From IMG/VR virus record IMGVR_UViG_3300031884_000002, positions 1 to 64,000 of that record: a DNA stretch of 64,000 bases. The stretch is one strand, 5' to 3'. Within the stretch, counting starts at the first letter, position 1. The number at the start of each line of letters is the position of its first letter. The notes under the pieces were generated by a model. It saw only the letters and a list, made by a program, of their open reading frames with translations, was not told the DNA's origin and searched no databases. Made by a program: the position numbers and the translations under genes. Positions 43,627 to 54,918 of the stretch are shown here, piece after piece.

Positions 43627-43907
43627 TGGTAGCGATAACCGGACTTGAACCGGTACAACTTTTCAGGGTTCTTGGATTTTCATACTACTATGGTTTTCAC
43701 CACCTACTTAGTTTGTAGTCTGGACTTTACCTTCATCCGGTCTGGATGCACTCCGTCAAGTCTCTACACCTTCCTATTTCTAGGCTTGGCTCGGTATTAC
43801 CATTTTACAGGCTTCACCGACTTTGAAGTGTTCTACTTTTTGGATTCCTCCAAAAGCACTCAATTTTTCTCTAAGTCCAATGCGTCTGCCAATTTCGCCA
43901 TATCGCC
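43627..43907 (-). tRNA. trnL: tRNA-Leu(UAA) interrupted by a group I intron
   Basis: Exon 1 ...GACGCATTGGACTT; exon 2 AAAATCCAA...GGTTCAAGTCC...ACCA; spliced loop CT TAA AA. Confidence 0.92.
43681..43872 (-). other. Group I intron (192 nt, no ORF), tRNA-Leu(UAA) type
   Basis: Q AATACCGAGCC, R GTGTAGAGACTTGACGG, S AAGGTAAAGTCC; 5' splice after U; terminal G. Confidence 0.9.
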
Positions 43908-44390
43908 ATTACCGACTAAAATAGATTATACCGATTATTTATCAGAAGTCAACAACTTCCAAAGCGATATGACACAAATCCATACTCCGATTTATGAAAT
44001 CCTAATTCTTCTAATCGTTCAACCTCATCGGCTAATACTTTACTTGTATCACAAGTTACAAAAAAATTATCATGTTCACAATGAGTTGGAGCATAATCAT
44101 TGTTATATTTAGATAGAATCGTAAGTGCTTCGATTAAGTCTTTCATATTAAAGAATATATAGATTATTATTCCGAAATCAAGGTTAATTGACTGGCATCA
44201 CAATCCCACACATTATCATCTTGGTCCTTAACTTGAATATATCCACCTTGTTTATATCCAATAACAACACCTTGAAACTCATTGAGAAAATCACCATCCA
44301 ATGGTTCAGCAATTACTTCAGTTCCAATTTTAAATGTTTTCATATTAAAGAGTATATAGATTATAGATTGGAAGTCAATACATAACCAAC

Positions 44391-45071
44391 TCAGACAGCA
44401 TCTTTAACATATCCTTTATACTTATAAATGCCAGATGCACGAGTTTTATTAAATCTCTTATAACCGGTATTCCCATTGTTAACTTGGATACCTTCAATAT
44501 ACTTGTCGGATTCCTTTACAATCTTAACCACACGAAATTGATGGTCTCCATTATGGGGATAATCAAACTCAGCAATTTCATCCATTTTAATGAATCTGCC
44601 GCTGGCATCCCGTTTCAATTTAGTATGAGAATCATTAGCATACTTATCATTTTGAATAGTATCCAAAACATCATTAACATTAGAATAAATCTTATTCTTA
44701 ATTTTGACACCACCCTTGGGAATAGGTAAATTATTTAGTGCGTCAATTACAACATCTTTAATTTTTCTATTCTTGGTATATTGAGCCGATGCTTTGACAA
44801 TAGGCTTAGACACCTTTGGATTGGAAATAGGATAATCAAATGTCTTTTTCAAATCTGAAGCATTAGGAGTAACCCAGTTCATAATTTGACCCGTTACAAT
44901 ATCAACTTCCAAATCAATATAATCACCAGAATGTTGAAAGTTTTTATTAGGTAGCCAGTTCGGCACATAGCCATTATAGATTTTACCTAATTGATTGCCA
45001 TTTTCATCATACAAATCCAAATACAAAAGGTCGGAACATTTGGAAGAGATTAGAATCGTTTTATTTCTCAT
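44391..45071 (-). CDS. Hypothetical protein with RDASGRF motif and possible WYL-like C-domain
   Basis: ORF track; FDY...RVV...EG...YKRF pattern (weak). Confidence 0.55.
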   Translation of the reverse strand: MRNKTILISSKCSDLLYLDLYDENGNQLGKIYNGYVPNWLPNKNFQHSGDYIDLEVDIVTGQIMNWVTPNASDLKKTFDYPISNPKVSKPIVKASAQYTKNRKIKDVVIDALNNLPIPKGGVKIKNKIYSNVNDVLDTIQNDKYANDSHTKLKRDASGRFIKMDEIAEFDYPHNGDHQFRVVKIVKESDKYIEGIQVNNGNTGYKRFNKTRASGIYKYKGYVKDAV

Positions 45072-46589
45072 ATTATTTTAGTTGTTTTTTGTGTTATTTA
45101 AGTGTTAAAAGTATATCAGATAATAGATTTTAGTCAATGACTAATTCTATTCAATTCATCTCTAATTCCATTAACAATATTATCAATATTGATTTTAGTA
45201 TCAAGCAATGAAACATCCTTATGTTTATAATTAAAAACAGATTGATTTATATACTTTTGAGCCTGATAATAAGTAGCGTGTCCCAATACACCAATTATAA
45301 CAAGGATTTCATCCTCATTCAATTCAAGTTTAAAAATCCGAGGAGGTTTAGGCTGCGGCACAATTTCCGATGTAATTTTCATAGTTAAAACAGTATATAG
45401 GTTAAATTTAAAATGTCAATGATTATTTTTCTTTGGGTAAATTGTGCCAGCAATCCATAATATGTTCAATTTCAGTAAATGTCAATGCCAGACAATCATC
45501 ATTATTCAAATTTAATTCCGGCTCACTGCCATCCCATGCTATTACATAGCCAATCGGAGTCAAGCCAGATGAAAAGATTAAAACATCTTTATTCCATTTA
45601 CATTGTATATTCATAATAATTTAATTTGCCAATGTAACTTGTCCGCTATAAATTGCCCAATGAGATTCTTTAAAGGGAACTGGACCTACCTCACTTACCT
45701 CACTTCCAATGGTTACATATCTGCCAGCATTATTCGCTTCAGCGGGAATATGGATAATCGTTCCATTGTTTTCATCTCTAGCCAAGACAATTATTCCTTT
45801 CCAAGATCCGGCACCACCTCCAATTGCACCCAGATGAATAAGTAAGCATGGATAATTTCGAGTTTGTGTATCGTTAGTAATAGTAGCAGTAGATTTCATA
45901 GATAAATACATTATACCGATTTCATTTCCTGAGTCAAGTGAATATTCCAATAGTCCGAATTACTCAATATCGCATAATAAAATCCCTTGGCGGCATCCAA
46001 AGAGTCAAATTCTTGAAAGTTATTTTCCCAGCATCCACAGTCCCCATCATCAAATCGATTAGGATGATTATAAACCCTATAAATTACAAAGTATTTCATA
46101 ACTTCTATACTATAGATTTATTTTATAAAGTCAATATCTTTATTTAATTTAACCACATTAAATGGTTCGGTTCTGGTAATATACAATCTATTTTGAAACG
46201 AATATTCAATTTTAACTTTTTGTGGCGTAAATCCAACAATTTTAGCCTTAATAATTCCTTTATATGTGGGAGGATTAAAAGCAATTGAATCTCCTTCATT
46301 CAATTGCATTCCTGAAATATCATTCATATAAATCTATTCTACCGATAATCTGACGATTAGCAAGGAAAATCTTACGATAATCTGACGATACCACTTATAC
46401 CAGTATAAATGGGTAAATTAGCATTTATACCTATATAATAAGAGAGGACCACTTATACCAGTATAATAAGCAATCTTTAATAAAGAACCCTATATATAGA
46501 TAGATATATAAATCATGCGGTGAAAAAATCTATATTTTTAGTGATTTTATAGTATATGTATAATTAGTATAAAATAATAAACTAAATAT

Positions 46590-47360
46590 ATGAATGAATT
46601 AAATACTAATTATAAAATATGTTCTCAATGTAAAGAAAATAAATCCATTGAAACCTTCTATAAAAATAAACAATGTAAAGACGGATTACATTCCAAATGT
46701 AAATTATGCTTAAAAACAAATCACCAAAAATATTATATTAATAATAGAGAAGATATCAGGGAAAAATCCAAAGAATGGAAATTAAATAATCCAGAAAAAT
46801 TCAAACAATCTAACATAAATTGGCACAATAAAAACAAAGAAAAAATGGAAGTATATATTAAAGAATATGGAAAACAATATTATCAAAATAATAAAGAAAA
46901 AGTGGCTCAATATATAAAAAATTATTATCAACAAAACAAAGAAAAACTAAAACAAAAAGCGGCTGAGTATAATAAAAAACCGGAAGTTATAATACGAAAA
47001 CGAGAATCTAAGAGAAAAAGTGATAGAAAAAAAATGGAAAATCCTTTCCATCGTATATCTAATAATATGCGAGGTAATATGTATCACGCATTAAAAGCCA
47101 AAAAAGGATTTAGAAAATGGGAAGATTTAGTAGGTTATACATTACAAGATTTAATTAATCATATGACTCCATTATTAATAGATGGAATGACTTGGGATAA
47201 TTATGGTTCAGAATGGCATGTTGACCATATTAAACCTAAATCGTGGTTTAATTATCAATCAACTGATGAGCCACAATTTAAAGAATGCTGGTCATTATTC
47301 AATCTCCAACCTAAATGGAAACATGATAATTTAAGTAAAGGTAATAGGTTTATTGGTTAG
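46590..47360 (+). CDS. HNH homing endonuclease
   Basis: CSQCKE...CKLC zinc motif; WHVDHIKP...NLQPKWKHDNLSKG. Confidence 0.9.
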   Translation: MNELNTNYKICSQCKENKSIETFYKNKQCKDGLHSKCKLCLKTNHQKYYINNREDIREKSKEWKLNNPEKFKQSNINWHNKNKEKMEVYIKEYGKQYYQNNKEKVAQYIKNYYQQNKEKLKQKAAEYNKKPEVIIRKRESKRKSDRKKMENPFHRISNNMRGNMYHALKAKKGFRKWEDLVGYTLQDLINHMTPLLIDGMTWDNYGSEWHVDHIKPKSWFNYQSTDEPQFKECWSLFNLQPKWKHDNLSKGNRFIG

Positions 47361-48300
47361 TATCTAAATTTAGCCAATAATACGAGTTCTTCTACATCTA
47401 ATTTAACGGCTAACTCATTGAATGGCAACACTATACATTCACCATCTCCCAATACTCTATTAAACTTTAATACTGTTACAGTATTATCATCATTCTTTTT
47501 AATTACTAATCCTTTATTAGTCTTAGGTAATAGAAAAAATTGACTCTCTGTTACATCTTTATCAACCTCTGATTGTTCTCCTAATAAAGTAATAAATGAA
47601 CCTACTTCTATATTCTTTAATGAAGTAGCTATTAAATATGGTTGTTTATTTAGATTTACTGTTTTTATAGATATTTTAGTCATATGTCAATACATATAAT
47701 CAAATATTAAGAAATTGTATTATAATAAGTAATATGCGGTGAGAAATAAAATATTAAACGTGTTAAATTCACTGTATATAGAGATTATATACAGTATAAT
47801 AAGTGTAAGGTAGGAAATGGGGTGTTATGGGGTAAAAAGGGTTAATATGGATGTTTATCCATTGCTTCAATGAAATATGTTAATATTTTATGATTAGACT
47901 TATTATATAATTACCAATGTCCAATAAACCCTAATAGGTAAAGAGTTATTAAAAGTGACAGGGATATACTCCATAAGATTAAACCTATACAGAATATATG
48001 AACAGCTATATATTCAAAGTATTCTATACCGGAATTTGGATTGTATTTTTTAAACATGATTATTAATTGAATGTATGATACATGATGTCAATTAAGAACC
48101 ATACGGTTCCAACATATAGGAATACCATGCCAAGGAGTATAAGGTTATAATATATAGGAATAGTATTATTAGGAGATTAAAATCAGAAGGAGTTATAATG
48201 ATTGGTGATGGCATATTCTTAGGTAGATGTATATTATTATAGAGAGTATGGAAAATAATTCTATTAGATTAAGGATGAGCCGCTCATTAGGATTCATGAA

Positions 48301-49187
48301 TAGAGGCAAACCAATGACAAATTAAAAACAAAAGTATAATAAAGCATGACATTCCTCGATAGGAATAATTCGTTTAACAATTATCTCATTACAAAGAACA
48401 GTGCCGACTTTAGGAAGAGTAACTTTACCTATCTCATATTGAGTAGAGATTTTATCAAAATTTCCATTCTTACTTTTTAGATAAGAATAGTATTTGCCGT
48501 CGATGTGAGTTAGGAGTTTATAAACTGTTGTCATATATTTTATCTTATGTATTATTCAGGGTCGATTATTAAAGAGAGTGCCACTATCAATATAAGTGCT
48601 AATGTGAAAAGTATGTCATTCATAATTGTTATGTAGATTCGGTTATCCACAGTGTCAACATTGATATTAGAAAAAATAGGATAGTAAATATTATTAAGTC
48701 ATTCATATTTTATCTTATCGATAGGATAATGGAGCATACGTTAGAGGCTGTGTTAATAGTCATAGGTAATAGTATAGCAGGTTTATTCTAAAAGGAAAGG
48801 ATTATTTTTCTTGAAGCCATATTCAGAAATATACTTAGATTGTGCCGGATTTAATAATTCGGTAATAAATGGAATTATGTAGTTTTGATACTGTGTATGT
48901 TCTTCCATTATATCGGATGGAATCTCTTTAGATAAATCAATGCTTGACTCGCACTTGGGTATATCATTAGTTAAATCTATAGTAAAACTATGAACTTTGC
49001 CGCTTTTAAATTGGTGATAGAATTTATGTATCATAAATTATGATACCGATGCAAACCAATATAAAAATAGCAAGAACTACAATTATATACGAAATAGCAA
49101 AATATTGTAATGTTAATAGAAACGTTTTCATTTTTTAATCCATAGAGGCAAACCAATGACAAATTAAAAACAAAAGTATAATAAAGC
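48301..49187. repeat. Exact 45-bp direct repeat (48301-48345 and 49143-49187)
   Basis: TAGAGGCAAACCAATGACAAATTAAAAACAAAAGTATAATAAAGC occurs twice. Confidence 0.9.
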
Positions 49188-49490
49188 CAGTTCCAAGTAA
49201 ATAAGGAGCATATATAGTTTCCGCTATATAAAAACATACGAAACAACCAAGAAATGTAATTAACGTGCCAGCAAAATATTTTAAAGTTAATAGAAAGGTT
49301 TTCATTTTTCATTTTCCTTTGCAGCGGCATAACATAGAGTAAATATACATATAAAACATGCAAGTCCAATCACAAGAGAGCCAACTGTTTTATGCATTAA
49401 AAAGTAAATAATATCTACTATAATCTCGACAGCTACAAATAAGCACATCACTATTATAAAATATTTTAAAGCTAATAGCAAGGTTTTCAT
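49024..49490 (-). CDS. Three tandem paralogous membrane peptides (49302-49490, 49135-49305, 49024-49131)
   Basis: Manual translation: MKTLLLALKYF..., MKTFLLTLKYF... (56 aa), MKTFLLTLQYF... (35 aa). The last two are not in the ORF track. Confidence 0.75.
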
Positions 49491-51613
49491 TTATTTTCTC
49501 CTTGAATTATAGATAAGGGAAGTTCAACCACAGTCAACCAATTTTCATTTCCTTTTTCACCTTCCAATAAAGGATGACCTTCGAGAATGTATACGGCATT
49601 TTGACCGTAATAACTCTTCATTATTTCTTCAACTGAAGGAGTTAAAACTCGTTGCAATTTAGTTAAACAATGTCGATTACTTCCGACTTGAAAATAATCA
49701 TTCCAAATGACAGTATATTTTTTCATATGCCAACATTGTATAGATTATAGATTGGAAGTCAAGGGTAAATAATTTCCATATTATAATAGGTATTATGCGG
49801 TGAAAATACTCTAAAATAAAATTGACATTTTGATATTATATGGTATAGTTATTGGCATATGGACGAACATATTAAACGAGGAATACAATTGGTTGAAACC
49901 AGTAAAATGATTTTGGATAGTATCACTTTTACTCAGGTTCAAATTGATAAATTATCATCAGATTTAACCGAAAAAGAATTGCAGTTGGTGATTTCATTGA
50001 TGGGTAAATTGAAGTTTGATTATATGGAATTAAAAAAACTTGAGCGGGAACATGATAAATTGCGGAAAGAAGTCAATACTTTTTATAAAAGAGAAGTTAT
50101 GGCTCCCATAACTCCTATGGAAGATTTAGATTTTAGTGTTTGATATTTTATTTCCATTTGGGAGAATATAATACGTAAGCCGAACTTAGAGGATGTGAAA
50201 TCATATCAAATGCGCACATAGTTGAAGCGGAAAAATTATGCCAGTTCAATCCTTGGATTGAAATGCTCCAAGTTGCTTCTGCTTTCTTTACTAATTGAGA
50301 CATTAAAATAACGTGTTTATCAGTTATAGCATTAGTAATGGATGAATCATCTTTTTTATTGGTTAAATTACATTTAGTTAATTTAATACATTTAATTTTA
50401 TGTTGCCGCAAATATTTCAACATAAACTCATCGGAATAATGGTCTTTCCAATCGTTTGTTTTTCTAATTGACCAAGGACTATTTCCTGTTATTAAAGCAA
50501 GTGCATTGGCACCACACCCGACAGTTTCATATATACTGCGGTCAAATAAATACATTGGAAACTTGGTTACAATATAATTATTCCATTTTCTATAATCGTT
50601 ATAATTTCCAGTCTCCATATATAAAATAAAAAAGCCAGTTTTTAACAAAGAACTGGCAAACTTTATGAATGTAACTTTTTGGTTAATTCAATGAACTGGC
50701 AAACCGAACAGTGGAAGTTTTATTAGGAGAATCCGCAGTTTCGGTAACAACTGGAGTTTCGGAAACTTCAGTAAGAGTTTCAACTGGCTTAACCTCCTTG
50801 GTGACTTTCTTAGTTGCGGTTTTCTTGGTAGTAGTTTTCTTTGGCATAATTTTATTATTTTTTTATTGTTTAATACGAGGAAGAGTATATCAGATTTTAA
50901 AAGATTGTCAAGTGTTTTTCAATGGTGTAAATGTTTTATAAAAGTTTCCTCGAATGAATCCGTATTTTTATTATTTAATATATTTTTAATATCATCCAAT
51001 TTTCTAAAATGTAAATAATTAAATCCTACTTCTGTATTATCAACAATTCCAAATGCAGTTAATCCTCCTACAAATGATAATCCATACATATGGACAGGCC
51101 AATTAGAATAATGTAATATTTTAGATATTACATATATTTTGTCTTTTATAGGAATCCCATTTGGATGGTAATTATCTTCTGAAATAAGAGGCTCAAGTTT
51201 ATTAATACAAACGACTTTATCTCCAATTTCAAACATATTATTCCTTTCTCCAATTTGGATTTGTTGAATATAATGAAGTTTCAAGTTTTTCTGTAACTAT
51301 ATCAAAACTTCTATCAAACCATTTACCAATAGCATTTAAACATACAAGATAAAATAAAAGCGATGCTAAACAAAATGTAACTCCCAATATAAACAAAACT
51401 CCTATTTTAATATATAAAAATATTTTCATCTATTTAATAGAAATTTAAGTGCCGCATAAATCTTCTCTTGATTTTTATAAAGAACTTCTAATTTATTTTC
51501 AATTGCTGAAAATTGACAATAAGTAGAATGATAAATTGGTTCTAAATCTGGAAGATTAGGAAGTTCTCCAATAGGAGCGTAAATATTATTGATTACTTTT
51601 TTTATATTTTTAC

Positions 51614-51988
51614 TCATAACAATTCGGGAGTTTCGTATATATTACCAATTACTTCGGGATTATTTGCCAGCACTTGTTTCTCTTCATCAATTCTTAGATA
51701 GAATGGATAATAACCACCAACATTAACATCATAATATACCAGAACTGGTTTAAATTGATTATTACGAATAATATCACCTTCGTAAATCCCAATTCCGTTT
51801 TTATCTATAATCTCGGTATATTGGTCTAATTTTATATCTCTGGAAAAAGATATATTTGGATGATATTCCATAAGTCCCGCTTTAATAGCATCGGACATAT
51901 GAAAATAATAAAATGTTTTATCATTATTATTCCAATATCTAAATTGAAGTTCTCTATTCATAAACACAATAAAAACCCAAATACACAA
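51614..51988 (-). CDS. YopX-family protein
   Basis: RELQFRYW...QYTEIIDKNGIGIYEGDII...EVIGNIYETPELL. Confidence 0.85.
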   Translation of the reverse strand: MCIWVFIVFMNRELQFRYWNNNDKTFYYFHMSDAIKAGLMEYHPNISFSRDIKLDQYTEIIDKNGIGIYEGDIIRNNQFKPVLVYYDVNVGGYYPFYLRIDEEKQVLANNPEVIGNIYETPELL

Positions 51989-53535
51989 ACATTAAACAAA
52001 CTAATCATAATCATTATTATTTTATAAACAGACGGTTTTTGATTAAATGATTCACACCATACAAATAATAGGAAAATATTAAGGATTAAAAATAGAAGGT
52101 TCATAGTTAGTAAATTACAAATATAGTTAATATTAGAAATAATGCAGCAACCGTACCAATAATCGTTCCTAACATATTTAATTTTAATGAATTGTTAGAT
52201 TTCATAAAAGCATAAAAATTAACACCTGCCATAAATGAGTTAAGGTATAGAAGACATAATAATGTTAACATGATGATTTAGTTATTTGATATCCCAGTTT
52301 CCAAGTATAAACTAAAAGTCGAATTGGATATTCTGTTCCTCTATATTCAAGATATACAGTACAAGATTTCTGAATCCATAGGTCATCTTCTTTAGAATTT
52401 TCATCATCTTTAAAAAGATTTTTATCCAGAGGACGACTCCATGGGTCGAGCCATCCGTCTTCGTCTAAGTCACATTCTTCCGCAAACCAAGTAGTATCAA
52501 CTTCGTTAGCCCAGTTGTTACTGGTCTGAGGATATACCAAGTTCATTTCTCCCTGTGATAATTTTTTCATCATAAAAACGAGTATAGAGATTATAGTTTA
52601 TAAGTCAAGGAAAAAACCACCATCCGCCACTATTTCCACTATTTTTACATCCATTGTTACTGTCTTGTATGTTTACAAAAATAAAAAAAGAAATAATACC
52701 AGTTACCAATATAACAGCACCAATCCCAGTTATAATTGGATGAAGGTCAAACCAATTAGGAACATAAGGAGTAGGAGGACCATATAAATAGTTATCCAAT
52801 TTACCAGCTTCACGATTAACAGAACCGGCTACATGTTTTCCTAAAGTAAATATATTATGCATATCACGGAATAGGATGACCTACTTTAAATCCTAATTGT
52901 AACAATTCATTCCACTTGATAGTTTTAATTTTATCAATTGGAATAGATGCAATTATTTTGGCATTATCCCAATGAGAAGTCCAAGACGGCATTGGTTGTC
53001 CCAATTGACATTGGCAATATAAATAGAAATGAGGATATTCATCCTTATTATAATTATCAGGGTCAACCGGAACCATCATATCTGCGGCATCCGCAGGTTT
53101 AATTAACATTGAAGGAAAAGCAATCATAAATAATTTTAGTTTAAACTCCAATATCATCAGAACTTTCTGCCAATACATTACGGACTTTTTTAAGGATGTT
53201 TTGCCGCTCTTCCATCGTAGCAGGAAATTGTTCTACACTGGTTGAAAATCCATAACAATTTATTTTAGTAATTTCATCGAGATTAGTTTCATCGGGAGAA
53301 TTAAAATGATACATTTCAAATGGAATAGGACAAGAACATCCACTGTCTTTAGCATAAAATACACGCTTGGATTCGGGATGTTGCCATACTGCCAAGATAT
53401 TAAACGCATAATCAAGCGGCTCGTTTAATTCATCGACCAACACAAGATTACAGGCTTTTGGATTATAATAAGGATTTTGTTCGTAACTCATAATAGTAAA
53501 AGTATAGAGGTTATATCTAAAATGTCAAGTATGTT

Positions 53536-54396
53536 TTATTGTCTATTATGTCGTTGATTGCAACCAAGCATACCACATATATCACACCGTTTTTTAACTG
53601 GCGGCATATCATTTACCAACCCATATTTTCTTAATTCTTTATGATTAAGTTGCCGGTCCAATGTAATTTTAATAGAACCATAATTATATTTACTATAAGA
53701 ATATAAATGAGACCTATCTTTTCTAACATCAACCATTAAATCTCTCGGTCCTATTTTTTTATAATTACCCCCGAAATCATAAGGACGAGGAGTAGGAATT
53801 AAAATCTTACCGTCTAATATTCTATGTCTATCTCCTTCTCTAACGAACTTGACAATATTATAATGAAGTCCATCTATTACAACTTCATCAGATTCTGATT
53901 TTAGAGGTTCGCCCTTTAATTCGTGCCAAATACCATCAATTTTAACTAATTGATGATAATTACCAAGAATACGATACGTTTCTTCTTTTTTCTTTTTAAT
54001 TTCTTTTCTGGGTTTCTGTTTACACAGTAATTTAGTTACGGGATGAACGTAAAACTTTCCGGTTTTATAATAAAAATGAGTGTCAATGTGACAATCTATG
54101 CCATCTCTTGTATCTAAATAATATACTTCTCCATTTTTTATAAAAGTATCAACCACGACATCCCATTTTATGGTTTCGAGATTTTTATAATATTCCGGCA
54201 CCCAATCTGCCGCAATATATTTAGAATAAACCACATCCCAATTAACACCAATATTACTTTTAAGGAACCGTTCAATTTTATTTGCGGGATATGAATATCC
54301 ATGCCGATATCTATGGTCTCTCATTTGCATTTTTTCACGATGCGGAAGTTCGGCAATTTTCTCAACATCGTGTTCTCGGTTTAATAAATCTTTCAT
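53536..54396 (-). CDS. Hypothetical protein (286 aa)
   Basis: Long ORF with own promoter. Confidence 0.75.
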   Translation of the reverse strand: MKDLLNREHDVEKIAELPHREKMQMRDHRYRHGYSYPANKIERFLKSNIGVNWDVVYSKYIAADWVPEYYKNLETIKWDVVVDTFIKNGEVYYLDTRDGIDCHIDTHFYYKTGKFYVHPVTKLLCKQKPRKEIKKKKEETYRILGNYHQLVKIDGIWHELKGEPLKSESDEVVIDGLHYNIVKFVREGDRHRILDGKILIPTPRPYDFGGNYKKIGPRDLMVDVRKDRSHLYSYSKYNYGSIKITLDRQLNHKELRKYGLVNDMPPVKKRCDICGMLGCNQRHNRQ

Positions 54397-54918
54397 CTTC
54401 CAAAATTATATAGATTAAATCTATTTTGTCAATTTATTTCATCGTTCTTTTTTGGCAGATTTTAAAGAGGTAAATAATGCCACAAAATGGAAATCTCCAA
54501 GAGTATTGCAAGATTTCCAGCAATAGCCCAATTGATATTTAGTCTTAATCATTTATTAAAATATTGAAATGCCCCACCTTTTACATAGATAAAAATCACA
54601 AGCGACAATGTAAATATATAAGTCCAAAAACCGTATTTAAAGGATTTTTCACGGTCAAGACCCATAATTACAAGTCCCATTGTAAGCATACACACATAGG
54701 TAATTTGTGGCCAATTAAAAACATTAAAAAATCCACACAAATATAACAAGCCACAAAACATAATAGATTTTAAAAGTGATGCTTCAAAAGTTGGTTTAAC
54801 TTCTTTACCAATTCGACTGGCTTGAATGGTCCAGTCAACAACAATCCAGATCAATAATATTATAGGAAAAATAGTCATAATGTTTATAGTATATAGGTTA
54901 TAGTTAAAATGTCAATGG

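Larger units (their letters stand above)
20931..46470. repeat. Dispersed 22-bp palindrome family (G/C)CAYTTATAC-TG/CA-GTATAARTGG, about 14 copies
   Basis: Copies at 20931, 22210, 23206(core), 24629, 26007, 27067, 31221, 34541, 37126, 37152, 41846(core), 46391, 46421, 46449; variant at 19275. Confidence 0.85.

Noticed and set aside
43645-44112. 155-aa plus-strand ORF
   Set aside because: It is the antisense shadow of the intron-containing tRNA-Leu.
20999-46300. Classical integron
   Set aside because: There is no integron integrase and no GTTRRRY/RYYYAAC attC pattern; only an architectural analogy is retained.
48301-49187. Diversity-generating retroelement template/variable repeat pair
   Set aside because: The copies are identical with no adenine-specific changes, and no reverse transcriptase is in the window.
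49031-49369. 112-aa hydrophobic ORF in the track
   Set aside because: It is an alternative frame over two real paralogous peptides that have coupled starts.
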